Positions 13,671 through 25,510 are shown, counted from the first letter of the whole stretch. The stretch is DNA of 63,238 nucleotides, filler included, from Octopus bimaculoides (GCF_001194135.2; 6 parts of 5 records of this genome joined end to end with filler, not necessarily neighbours in it); one strand, 5' to 3'. The notes: generated from the sequence alone by a model not told the origin. Numbers and translations: made by a program.

Positions 13671-14085
13671 CAAACCTGGGCACTAAACCGTTAATCCGTT
13701 AATCGTCAATTAACGAAGTTAACATTTTCGTTAAGGATTTAGCTTTTAAGTTAAATCTGGAAATTATTATCGGACTAATTAACTTCCATTACATTTAACT
13801 TCCGTTAACTCAAGTCAATTGAGTTAACTTCCGTTAACTTCAATTGAATTGATGTTAACAGATATTATAGTTTTGGCACTTTTTAAAGGTGTTTTTAGGT
13901 GGTTTTAGAGCAAAAACTGACGTTTTGTATTTTCTTTTATAATATAGATTAACGTTGACGGTTTATCAATAACTTCCGATACATTAGGAAATAATTAACT
14001 GATTAACGGTTATTGAAGTTAACTTTTTGCTTAATGAATCAACAGTTAACGAAGTTAACTTTTCAATTAACGGTGCCCACCCTTG
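13671..14085. mobile_element. hAT-type non-autonomous element (415 bp)
   Basis: Imperfect TIRs caaacctgggcac / gtgcccacccttg; 8-bp TSD cagccaga (13663-13670) versus catccaga (14086-14093); eight GTTAAC motifs. Confidence 0.8.
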
Positions 14086-14303
14086 CATCCAGATAAACCT
14101 CTAATCGCACTCCCCTGTGTTTTATATATGGAAAAGTGATGAGACGCGGTCTCCAGCAATCTACACACTCACTACAACGACAACTAAAGCCATCAGCTAC
14201 ACAGTCACGTTATTTAAGTCAGTTCATAATTCCCAGTGGCGTCTTTTCACCACGACCGCTGCCAAAACTAACGCACATCATTGTCATTATCAAAACATCT
14301 CTC

Positions 14304-14525
14304 AAGGCGGCGAGCTGGCAGAATCGTTAGCACGCCAGGCGAAATGCTTAGTGGTATTTCGTCTGCCGCTACATTCTGTTTTCAAATTTTGCCGTGGCCG
14401 ACTTCGCCCGTCATCCTTTCGGAGTTGATGAAGTAAGTACCAGTTACTCACTGGGGTCGACGTAATCGACTAGCACCCATCCTCCCCAAAATTTTCAAGG
14501 CTTTGTACCTAGAGTAGAAATAATT
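14304..14525 (+). mobile_element. SINE family A
   Basis: Full head, body and tail match to other copies. Confidence 0.88.
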
Positions 14526-14692
14526 CTTTTCTGCACTAGGTACAAGACCCGAAAATTTTGGTAGAGGGGGCCAGTCGATTAGATCAATTCCAGTACGCAA
14601 CTGCTACTTAATTTATCGACCCCGAAAGGTTAAAAGGAAAAGTCGACCTCGCTGGAATTTGAACTCAAAACATAAAGACTGACCAAATACCG
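14526..14692 (-). mobile_element. SINE family A, 3' part of the copy interrupted by the ORF1-only element
   Basis: Body continues at 16430-16472 on the other side of the insertion; duplicated target gac(c/g)aaataccg. Confidence 0.8.
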
Positions 14693-16429
14693 ATTTCTTT
14701 ATTACCCACCAAGGGCCAACATAGACGGTACAAACACAATATCGGGGAACTAAAATTATAAAAAGGAGGCCTAAAGAAAGAAGCAAAATTAAAAGAAACG
14801 AATGAATCATGAAAAAGATGATATAATGAGGCGGAATGTCCACTCGACCCCCGAAGTCGAGTGGTTACATTGAAACTGTTTTGCTGTTCAGTCATATANN
14901 NNNNNNNNAGATGATATAATGAGGCGGAATGTCCACTCGACCCCCGAAGTCGAGTGGTTACATTGAAACTGTTTTGCTGTTCAGTCATATATATCTAAAA
15001 TCCAGCAGTTCAATACCATAGTCTTTTTTTAGTTCGGTATAACAAGTCTGTTTTGGCAATTTCTCTCTATCCCCGATCACCTTCCACAACTCAAAACCTC
15101 TCTCATTCTTTTTGATTATTTCCATTTGTGCCTTATTTAACAATTGGCATATCATAGTCTCACCATCTTCACCCCAGAATTCCCCTTCAGCCACATCCTT
15201 CCACTCGCTCACCCGGTTTACAATGTCATCCTCCGCGTCCGCATACAGAATGCAAGCAAAACACACAGGGGGAGGGGAACCATGTCTACATCATGTGTGC
15301 TTGCATTTCTTTTCTGTTTTGTTGTTGGAGGGGAATGGGTAGGTTTTGTGTCTGCATGGGGAGGGTGCGGTGAAAAGGGAGAGGGTGGGCACTAGGTGGC
15401 TTGAGGTTCAGAAGTATTTACTTTCTTTCGTTTTCTTTTCTTCTTCTCCCGGCTATTTCCCATTCCCTATCTTCTAATACTGGAGTTTCTTTTTCAACTT
15501 CTACTTCTTGTATCCTCTCCTGTGGTAGTAGCTGTCGCTCTTCTACCATTTGGGGTGATAGAGGACAGTTCGTTCTTATGTGGCCTCTCAGGCCACATTT
15601 AAAACAGCGAGGAATCCTGCCCACCATCCACACTTTTAGGCTCATATCCCCAAACCACAGGTTCTCGGGTAGCACTTCGAGGACCTCCATCTCAGCTTGG
15701 ACGGTAATTTCGACGATTTGTCCCTTCCATGTTGCTCCTTCCATCACTTCTGCTTGAACCACCTTGACCTCCTTTTCTCTTTCAATAAAGATAGCCGCCA
15801 CCACCCAAGACGCATCGATTTCAGGGGGAATCCCTTCCACTTTGATTTCGGCAATCCTCTTGCCCATGCAAGGCAGCAAGAGGACTACCTTTTCCGTTTT
15901 TAACACTTTGGCAGCGTGGGCAATCGCTCTTTCTTCTATTTTATAGAACTTTCCTCCTGTGGCCAGGTAGGTAATATCTGGCCTGACTGTCTTGAGCGCC
16001 TTGTCTATTTCTCTCTCCTGCATGTGGTCGATTCTCTTTTTTTCAACTGAGTAAACTTTATAAGTTACCATCTTCTTTTGTATTTCCTCCATCCTTGTCT
16101 GCGGTAGGGACAATCTCACGTCGTTCCCCACCTTTACAGCCATTCTACTGTCTCTTTCCATATTTTCCAGGTTTATTTAATTCCTTCTCATCTCGGTTGC
16201 ATCTGCAAAACCTTTCTCTTTCAAACATGCGTCCAATATCTTTGCTGCCTTAACCAGTTCCCCCTCCGTAGAGGACAACTCAGTCTCGTTCAGGTCCGAA
16301 TATACTCGTCTTCCACCTGCCAGCTCTCAGTACTACCGAGAGACGGTGCAACAACTCAAAAACCGCTGCAAGCGCAGCACAAGCAAATACACAATATAGT
16401 CAAACAAACAAGCTCGTACAACTCACAGA
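14693..16429 (-). mobile_element. ORF1-only (HAL1-like) non-LTR retro-insertion, ~1.65 kb after removing an ~83-bp assembly duplication
   Basis: 12-bp TSD gaccaaataccg (14681-14692) / gacgaaataccg (16430-16441); gag-knuckle ORF; no RT or endonuclease inside; 3' end AATAAAGAAAT. Confidence 0.75.
15418..16161 (-). CDS. Gag/ORF1-like nucleic-acid-binding protein with CCHC zinc knuckle (retroelement-encoded, probably mildly decayed)
   Basis: 247-aa ORF with CFKCGLRGHIRTNC (C-x2-C-x4-H-x4-C) after a region resembling L1/Tx1 ORF1p. The frame stays open upstream to ~16326 apart from one TAA at 16177-16179. A downstream acidic segment (14985-15266) is in another frame. Confidence 0.75.
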   Translation of the reverse strand: MERDSRMAVKVGNDVRLSLPQTRMEEIQKKMVTYKVYSVEKKRIDHMQEREIDKALKTVRPDITYLATGGKFYKIEERAIAHAAKVLKTEKVVLLLPCMGKRIAEIKVEGIPPEIDASWVVAAIFIEREKEVKVVQAEVMEGATWKGQIVEITVQAEMEVLEVLPENLWFGDMSLKVWMVGRIPRCFKCGLRGHIRTNCPLSPQMVEERQLLPQERIQEVEVEKETPVLEDREWEIAGRRRKENERK

Positions 16430-16706
16430 GACGAAATACCGCTAAGCATTTCGCCCGGCGTGCTAACGTTTCTTATTTCGTTACTGCCCACAAGGGCTAA
16501 ACACAGAGAGGACAAACAAGGACAGACAAAGGGATTAAGTCGATTACATCGACTCCAGTGCGTAACTGGTACTTAATTTATCGACCCCGAAAGGATGAAA
16601 GGCAAAGTCGACCTCGGCGGAATTTGAACTCAGAACGTAACGGCAGACGAAATACCGGTAAGCATTTCGCCCGGCGTGCTAACGTTTCTGCCAGCTCGCC
16701 GCATTT
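16430..16706 (-). mobile_element. SINE family A: full-length tail-A copy (16473-16706) followed by the head segment of the interrupted copy (16430-16472)
   Basis: Reverse complement reads head, body, then ...tttagcccttgtgggcagtaacgaaataag, directly followed by aaacgttagcacgccgggcgaaatgcttagcggtatttcgtc. Confidence 0.88.
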
Positions 16707-16734
16707 AGAGTAGAGATAAATATTCAAATAACGC

Positions 16735-16955
16735 TTAAGGCGGTGAGCTGGCAAAACCGTTAACAGGCTGGGCAAAATACTCATCGGTATTTCGTCTGCC
16801 TTCACATTCTGAGTTCAAATTCCGCCGAGGTTCACTTTGCCTTTCATCCTTTCGGAGTCGATAAAATAAGATACCAGTTAAGTACTGCGGTCCATGTAAG
16901 TGACTATCTCCATCCCCTAAATGTCAGGCTTTGTTCCTATAGTAGAAAGGATTGT
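16735..16955 (+). mobile_element. SINE family A, tail-B type
   Basis: Head-to-head with the preceding copy; tail ...tttgttcctatagtagaaaggattgtt. Confidence 0.82.
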
Positions 16956-18488
16956 TAAAATAACGCATGGCTGTGTGGTTAAGAAGCACGTTGTTTCGGG
17001 TTCCATCCCATCACGTGGTAGTGTTTTTATTATAACAATTTATATTTGTTTTTTGGTGGAGTGGGGGTGGATTTTATCTCATGAATATTGCTGCATTATG
17101 CACTGATATAATTGCTATGACTCATACCAAATTCAGCTCTTCAGAATGTATAAAATTCATTTACTGTAGATACTTGAATTATCAATAATTTATGCCTACA
17201 TTGAGTTGGGCGTGTTTACATGGCTACATTTGCATATTACAAGTGAAACACGTATGTATTAAGAACATCGTGTGAAAATAGTCCGGTCGGTTGAAGGAAA
17301 TGAATATAGGTATGTAGACGGAACAGCGGAGTTTTTCAAAGGTCGATGGCGTAGCTACACGGCACCGTTTCGAGATATAATACTTTTTTGACATTTGACA
17401 GAAAAGAAAATTCAGTGCATTTCCTGGTCCAAAATGATGGTTCATACTTCTATGAAGGGAATTCTAATTTATGCAGTTTTTGCTTAGAAGAGATATTATG
17501 TATTTTACTATCTAAAGAACAACTGATTAATAAGCAACTGATTAATAAACACTCTGAACTTATTATGAAAGTTTAGAAAATCTTTGTAAACCTAAAAAGC
17601 AAAATATTTATTAAAGAATACCTAATTAATCTGACTACCATCTGAAACCCATTTCGGGAAGATTTCTAAACGGATTTCTACATCTGTATACTAGGAGTAC
17701 ATTGATCATATCATATGATTAACAGGAATTAGCTTAGACCAATACAAACTTTTAAACTTTGGTATATTTAATGAAAATATCTACATTTATTCATTTATCA
17801 CTATGTAAAGCTTGTGAAGACAATTAGAAATACAGCTCTTTTACGTACTCAGCATCGTACCAGAACCCCGATTCCTCTAGCTCTGCCTTGACAGTGTATC
17901 TAACATCAACTTGGTTTCAGCGCCACGTGGAATTTGCGATTTAATATTTACTGCATGTTATATTTATTCACTTGTAACAAAATATGCAATGATATATGCA
18001 ACTGCCGATTCATGAGGTGACAGCGTAATGGCTTGTACCAAATTCGACTTTTCAGAATTATGTATAAAAGTCATTTGCTGTAGATACTTGAATTATCAAT
18101 AATTTATACCCATATCGAGTTGGGTATCTTTATGTTATTACATCTGCATATTGCCAAACGAAACAAACTACTTGTATATTCTGTCACATAATACTAAAGC
18201 GTCGAATTTCGTACTTATCATGACAATAAAACCTCATGAATCATTAGTTGCATATAACATTGCATAATATAGTAATATTCGTGAGATCGAATTTAGATGC
18301 AAAAATTGTAAAGTGGTATAATTAAAGTACTTGTTCACTGCATTCTAATTTTTATAACTATGTGCGTGTACGTGAGTGTGTCTGTGAATGTATTTGCTTT
18401 TTGTGTTCGTGCGTGTGAGTGTCTGCAAGTATTTGTATACATATATATACACACATATATACATACATACATACATATATATATATGT

Positions 18489-18878
18489 ACTCTTTTACTT
18501 GTTTCAGTCATTTGACTGCGGCCATGCCGGAGCACCGCCATTAGTCGAGCAAATCGACTCCAGGACTTATTCTTTGTATACCTAGTACTTATTCTATCGA
18601 TCTCTTTTGCCGAACCGCTATGTTACGGAAGCGTAAACACACCAGCATCGATTGTCAAGCGATGTTGGGGAGACAAACACAGACACACACACATATACAT
18701 ATATATACATATATACGACGGGCTTCTTTCAGTTTCCGTCTACCAAATCCACTCACAAGGCTTTGATCGGCCCGAGGCTATAGCGGAAGACACTTGCCCA
18801 AGGTGCCACGCAGTGGGACTGAACCCGGAACCATGTGGTTGGTAAGCAAGCTACTTACCACACAGCCACTCCTACGCA
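18489..18878 (-). mobile_element. SINE family B, near full length (tRNA-like head ggctgtgtggtaag..., central ccttgggcaagtgtc motif, AAAAGAGT tail)
   Basis: Matches 21700-22118, 26100-26605, 29505-29865 and others; internal microsatellite. Confidence 0.88.
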
Positions 18879-18952
18879 TATATATATATATATATATAAT
18901 CGTGGCCAAAATATCGGAACATAGGTTTGAATCGAACTGTACTTGGTCATAA

Positions 18953-19052
18953 NNNNNNNNNNNNNNNNNNNNNNNNNNNNNNNNNNNNNNNNNNNNTTAA
19001 TTAATTAANNNNNNNNNNNNNNNNNNNNNNNNNNNNNNNNNNNNNNNNNNNN
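18953..19052. other. Artificial scaffold linker (44 N + TTAATTAATTAA + 44 N)
   Basis: Exactly 100 bp and identical to four other linkers; TTAATTAATTAA places stops in all six frames. Confidence 0.95.
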
Positions 19053-19479
19053 ATATATTGTATATTCCATATTCTATACCGCACATTAGTTCTGCAGGAA
19101 TATAAATAAAACATAAAAAACAGACAGTGTTGGAACTCTTTTAAGCAAAATAATATATTCCTCTATACACAATCATACAAAAAAATCCACCTTTTTTTGT
19201 ATTTATTTTTACTCGCATATATATATATATATACATATATGTATTTGTGTCTATGTTTGTTCCCCAACCATTCCTTGACAACCGATGTAGGCCAGCTTTG
19301 TCTGTGTATTTTATCTCAATTAAATGTTATGCAGCTTTGTAATAAATTCTTCAATTCACATGTTTTGTGCTTATGTTTTTGTCATTGTTGTAGTAAGAAG
19401 CCATTCTAGCATCTCAGTGACAAAGCACCTCACTAACTACTTAAGGTTGTATTTCTCCTTTGTCAGGCATGCTTTTTGT

Positions 19480-19590
19480 AGAATATTGGACACGAATTAC
19501 AGATTATTGGATGCGAATGACAGAATATTGGACACGGATGACAGAATATTGGACACGGATGACAGAATATTGGATACAAGTGACACACAT
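19480..19590 (+). repeat. 21-bp minisatellite, ~5 units (agaatattggacacggatgac)
   Basis: Directly visible; reads RILDTDD in one frame. Confidence 0.9.
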
Positions 19591-19634
19591 TCTCAAATGT
19601 CGTGAGAAGTCAAAATGAAGAGACACAAACACAC

Positions 19635-19900
19635 AGAGGCTAAATGATTAGGGTGTTCGGCTCATGATCTTAAGGCTGTGTTCTTAAGGCTAGCAGTGCA
19701 TTGTGTTCTTGAGCAAGACACTTTATCTCACGTTGCTCCAGCCCACTCAGCTAGCCAAAGTGAGTTGTACCTGCAATTCTACAGGGCCAGCCTTGTTTTA
19801 TTCTGTATCTCACAAAATCTCCCTGAGAACTACATTAGGGATTTAAGGATGCATGTGTCTGTGGAGTACTCAACCATACTATTGAAATATTGTTTAATTC
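19635..19900 (+). mobile_element. SINE family C (tRNA-like head; gtgttcttgagcaagacactttat...gctccag.ccactcagct core)
   Basis: Matches 31365-31705, 37915-38250, 42500-42700 and 49920-50160. Confidence 0.7.
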
Positions 19901-20730
19901 AATAAACAGTGTCATCCTCTAATTATTAGAAGTTGTATTGTTTGTTTCGTCGTCGTCGTCGTCTCCTCCTCCTCCTCCTTCTTCTTCTTCTTCTGTATAG
20001 GAAAACCACAAGGGAACATCAACGTGGTTGTACAGCCTGCTAGAAATAGTAACCATGTCCCACTCATAATCTCACTGCTGCCATCTTAGATTAAAAAAAA
20101 AAAAAGAAGCATGCAATTAGGTACAGTAGATCACCACCCAGGGACCCAGGAGAAAAAAGAAAAACACAATTACAAAAAACCAAACAAAAAGATCTGGGTA
20201 GTCATGGATGGAAAGTGCTTTGATCATGGGATAACTCCAATCAAGATATTACCTGGGGCTAATCAACAACAACAACAACAACAGCTACATAAACAACAAG
20301 GTTAACAATAACAACAACAATATTTACAATAGCAACATGAAGTAACATTTACAACACCAACAATAACATTAGCAATAGTAACAACATCACCACCACCATC
20401 ACCACCACCACCACCATCACTTCTGCCGCCACCGCCACCACCAACAACAACAACAATAATGAGGAAGGCACTAGACGTGATGAAGAAAAACAGACTGTTG
20501 TTGTTTTCTATGGCAACATTGGAATGAAAGCGAGGAGTGAATTGATTAAAGGTGAAGACGAATTTTGATTAAAGATTTATAAAGAGTGGCATGTTGTTGT
20601 TGTTGTTGTTGTTGTTGTTGTGTTTTGGCTGGTCTTAGAGTTGGGTCATGTTTAATACATAACAATAAACTGTTGTTGCCATGATAGGTGAGGGTGTATA
20701 TATGTACATGTACATGTCTCTGTGTGTATA

Positions 20731-20776
<46 letters not shown>

Positions 20777-20934
20777 TACGTACACATGCACACACACATA
20801 CACACATATATATATAAATAGATAGATAGCTATGTACACACACACACACACACACATATTTATAAATAAACATATATGTGTGTGTGTATGTATACATATA
20901 TATATGCATGTGTATATATGTGTCTATATATGTA

Positions 20935-20968
<34 letters not shown>

Positions 20969-21699
20969 AATGTATATATAAATGTATATGTATATGTGCA
21001 TACACATAGACAGTATGTAGATGAGGGACAGACAAACTGCAGACAGATAGATAGACAGATGGATAGATAGATAGATAGATAGATAGATAGAAAGGCAGTA
21101 GTAGGTAGATAGGGAGACAAACAGATAGAGAGACAGACAGATAGATAGATAGGTAGGTAGGTAGGTAGAAAGAAAATGGATAGATAGATAGATATATAAA
21201 TAGCTTGATAGATTGATAGATAGGTAGATAGATTGATAAAGAGATAGAAAGAGAGATAGATAGATAGACAGAATGATATATAGATACATAAATATATAGA
21301 TTCGTAGATAAATAAATTCCTGGCTACATAGATAGAAAAGTGTTGATATCACAGGAGTCCAGCATTGGTCAATATATGGCTTCAGACCAACAATGGAACG
21401 AAACTGAAGTGCTTGGAATATAGAGGGAAAAAAAAAATACAATAAAGGATATGAAACAATATAAAAAGAAACATCATTATCCTCGCCACCTGACCTTCAC
21501 TTCATTTATGTATCTGCATGTGTGTATATGTGTGTGTTTATGTTCAATGCATAAGTATATATGTGCCTTAGTTTGTGTGTAGGTATGTATATAAGTGTGT
21601 GTGGTGTGAATGTATATTTTTATGAGTGTTTATACACATACACACACACACACACACTCATGAATATATATATGTATATATGGGTGTGTAGTGTGAATA

Positions 21700-22118
21700 C
21701 TCTCTTTTACTCTTTTACTTGTTTCAATCATTTGACTGCGGCCATGCTGGAGCACCGCCTTTTAATCGAACAAATCGACCCCCAGGACTTATTCTTTGTA
21801 AGCCTAGTACTTACTCTATCGGTCCCTTTTGCCGAACTGCTAAGCTACGGGGACGTAAACACACCACCATTGGTTGTCAAGCGATGTTGAGGGGACAAAC
21901 ACAGACACACAAACGCATACACATGCACATACATAGATATATATACATATATACGACGGGCTTCTTTCAGTTTCCGTCTACCAAATCCACTCACAAGGCT
22001 TTGGTTGGCCTGAGGGTATAGTAGAAAACACTTGCCCAAGGTACCATGCAGTGGGTCTGAACCCAGAACCGTGTGGTTCGTAAGCAAGCTACTTACCACA
22101 CAGCCACTCCTACGCCTT
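21700..22118 (-). mobile_element. SINE family B
   Basis: Near full-length match to 18489-18878. Confidence 0.88.
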
Positions 22119-22735
22119 TCTCATATTTTTATGAGTGTTTCTACACACACGCACGCACATATATAATTGAAAATGAAGAGGAGAGCGGAAATTTATTCAC
22201 ATCTGAAGCTTTTTATTTAAAAAGTTTTCTACAGTCCATATAACAATGTGTAGATATGTATATATATGTAAATGTGGGTTATGTATATATAAATATATAT
22301 ATATATGTGTGTGATTATATTTTTATGCATGTTTATGTGTTTATATGTATGTGTACATTTTTGCATATTATGTATGTATATAGTTATTTATGTATTTATG
22401 TGTATACGTATATCTATGTATGTGTGTGTGTGTGTGTGCGTGTGAGCTAGCCACATGTCTTCACAGCAAGAAACTAATAGTGGCTCTTATCTTCATAATG
22501 TGTACATTAAATGATATTTGTCCTTCACCTGGATGGAGCACTTTTGTTGATCTTACATAAATAGAATGGTCACCGAGGTGTGTGTGGTTGTGTGTGTGGA
22601 GGCATGTGGCTAAGTGGTTAGGATATTGGACTCATGATTGTGGTTTCAATTCCTGGACTGGGCGGTGTGCATACATACATACATACATACTTGGCCGTGT
22701 GCTTTTACATATACGCATACAGGAATATGCATACT

Positions 22736-22824
<89 letters not shown>

Positions 22825-24029
22825 AACAAATGCATGTGTGTGTGTGCGTATTTGCACTCACCACAGTTTTATTCTTCAAATTACGGCAATAAAGAAAGTG
22901 CCGCTCTCCAACCTAGAGATAAANNNNNNNNNNNNNNNNNNNNNNNNNNNNNNNNNNNNNNNNNNNNNNNNNNNNNNNNNNNNNNNNNNNNNNNNNNNNN
23001 NNNNNNNNNNNNNNNNNNNNNNNNNNNNNNNNNNNNNNNNNNNNNNNNNNNNNNNNNNNNNNNNNNNNNNNNNNNNNNNNNNNNNNNNNNNNNNNNNNNN
23101 NNNNNNNNNNNNNNNNNNNNNNNNNNNNNNNNNNNNNNNNNNNNNNNNNNNNNNNNNNNNNNNNNNNNNNNNNNNNNNNNNNTATATAAATATATATATA
23201 TAATATATATATGCATATATATATATGCATATATATATATATGCATATATATATGCATATATATATATATGCATATATATATATGCATATAAATATATAT
23301 ATAGGGAGAAAGATAGATATATGTAATATATATATACATTTGGGTATATTCTTTTGCTTGTTTGAGTCATTAAAATGCGGCCATGCTGTGGCACCACTTT
23401 CATATATATCTATCTGTATATGCATACATATATATCTCTGTGTGTGGGTATATATATATATATATATGTATATATATGTATGTATGTATGTGTGTGTGTG
23501 TGTGTGTGTGCATCTGTGTCTTGAGATATGCATGTGTAAGAATGCATACATTTGTTATTTGTGTGTTTATACGTCTCTGTTCCAAATAAACTTTTGGGTG
23601 GAGGTGGGGGCANNNNNNNNNNNNNNNNNNNNNNNNNNNNNNNNNNNNNNNNNNNNNNNNNNNNNNNNNNNNNNNNNNNNNNNNNNNNNNNNNNNNNNNN
23701 NNNNNNNNNNNNNNNNNNNNNNNNNNNNNNNNNNNNNNNNNNNNNNNNNNNNNNNNNNNNNNNNNNNNNNNNNNNNNNNNNNNNNNNNNNNNNNNNNNNN
23801 NNNNNNNNNNNNNNNNNNNNNNNNNNNNNNNNNNNNNNNNNNNNNNNNNNNNNNNNNNNNNNNNNNNNNNNNNNNNNNNNNNNNNNNNNNNNNNNNNNNN
23901 NNNNNNNNNNNNNNNNNNNNNNNNNNNNNNNNNNNNNNNNNNNNNNNNNNNNNNNNNNNNNNNNNNNNNNNNNNNNNNNNNNNNNNNNNNNNNNNNNNGC
24001 ACGCATACACAGGCATGCATGCAAGGACA

Positions 24030-24073
<44 letters not shown>

Positions 24074-24324
24074 TTTATTTGTAAGATTTCCAGCTGGTTT
24101 ATTTGATGTAATGCCAAACTAGCAGCCCAAGGGTCATTGTTACACATCCTGTCATGAAAATCAGAATGTGTTACTGGTCAACATACTTCACTCTCAGTGG
24201 CCTAGTCCACCTTGACATATTTGTGTAACGCAGGGGAGTACAGCTTGCTTCACTGAGTTCTAGACTGATATTCGTAACAGGAAAAAGGAAAATGACGTAT
24301 TCACAGAAGTAGGTCTATGGTTAA

Positions 24325-24735
24325 AGAAGCCTGCTTCCTAGCCATGTGGTCTTGGGTTCAGTTCCACAGGGAGGCACCTTGAGCAAGTGTTTTTTTTTAT
24401 TATTGCCAAGGTTAACTAAAGCTTTGTGAATGGATTTGGTGGTTGGAAACTGAAAGAAGCCTACCGTGTGCATGAGTTTTTGTGTTTGTGTGTTGTCCTC
24501 AACTGGTGGGTGCTGGTTTATTTACATTCCTGCAACTTAGCAGTTCAGCAAAAGAGAGTAATAGAATAAGTACTAGACTCAAAATAAATACTAGGGTTGA
24601 TTTGTCCAACCTAACCCTTCAGAGTGGTGCCCAGTATGGTCACAGTGGTGCCCCAGCGTGGGTCACAGTGGTGCTCCAACATTGCTGCAGTGATGCTCTA
24701 GCATGGCCACAGTCCAATGACTGAAACAATCAAAA
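24325..24735 (+). mobile_element. SINE family B, diverged, with an internal ~4x tandem duplication of cagtggtgccccagcatggtca
   Basis: Head at 24325; repeated motif at 24620-24715. Confidence 0.7.
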
Positions 24736-25227
24736 AAGGTAAAGTGTTTCTGTTGTTGTTGTTGAATCCTAGGTCTGCCATGCTGGAGCAGAACTCAAGA
24801 CAAAAGCCAGTCAGCTGATGGCCATGCAGTCCAGTCTATTTAGTTTTTCTAAGTACAGTATACATTGGACTACATCATTAAATGTGCCATGCCTTTCCTT
24901 AAAGATGGTAGACATGTAGTTTGAGGGAGATTTGACTATTATTTCTTGCAAGCCAAACAAATACTTATAGCCATGGTTGTAGACCTTTTTAATATCCAGG
25001 ATTTGAACTCAGAACGTAAAGATGGAGGAAATGTTTTTGAGCATCTTGTCTAGTATGCTAATGATTCTGATGATGATGATGGTTTCAAATTTTGCCCCAT
25101 TTGGGAGGAGGGGATGAGACGAAAGTCAAAGTTAGCCTCAGCGGAATTTGAACTCAAAACATAATGATGGACGAAATACTGCTAAAAATTTCGCCTGGTG
25201 TGGTAACGATTCTGCCAGCTTGCTGCC

Positions 25228-25269
<42 letters not shown>

Positions 25270-25299
25270 GTAATAATAAATAATAAATAATAAATGATA

Positions 25300-25510
25300 A
25301 TAAAAATATTCTGACAAATGCATAACAAAAACCCCAGGACTAACAAATATATATAGCAAACGGAAAATAGCAGTACTAGGTACTGCACACATCCTACGTA
25401 AAACACTTTCAATACAGTAAAAGTAAGAGCATCACAGCACATACCCAAGGCACACAGAGCTGCGCTTGGTAGTGAAGTGAAAGCACGTGATAAAAATAAA
25501 ACTACTGAAC

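Noticed and set aside
14817-14990. Perfect ~83-bp tandem duplication
   Set aside because: The copies flank a 10-N gap and are identical; an unmerged contig overlap.
20495-20690. X-box-like half sites (ttttctatggcaac, gttgccatgatagg) that might regulate a ciliary gene
   Set aside because: Both are imperfect, embedded in (GTT)n and ~25 kb from the DCX exon.
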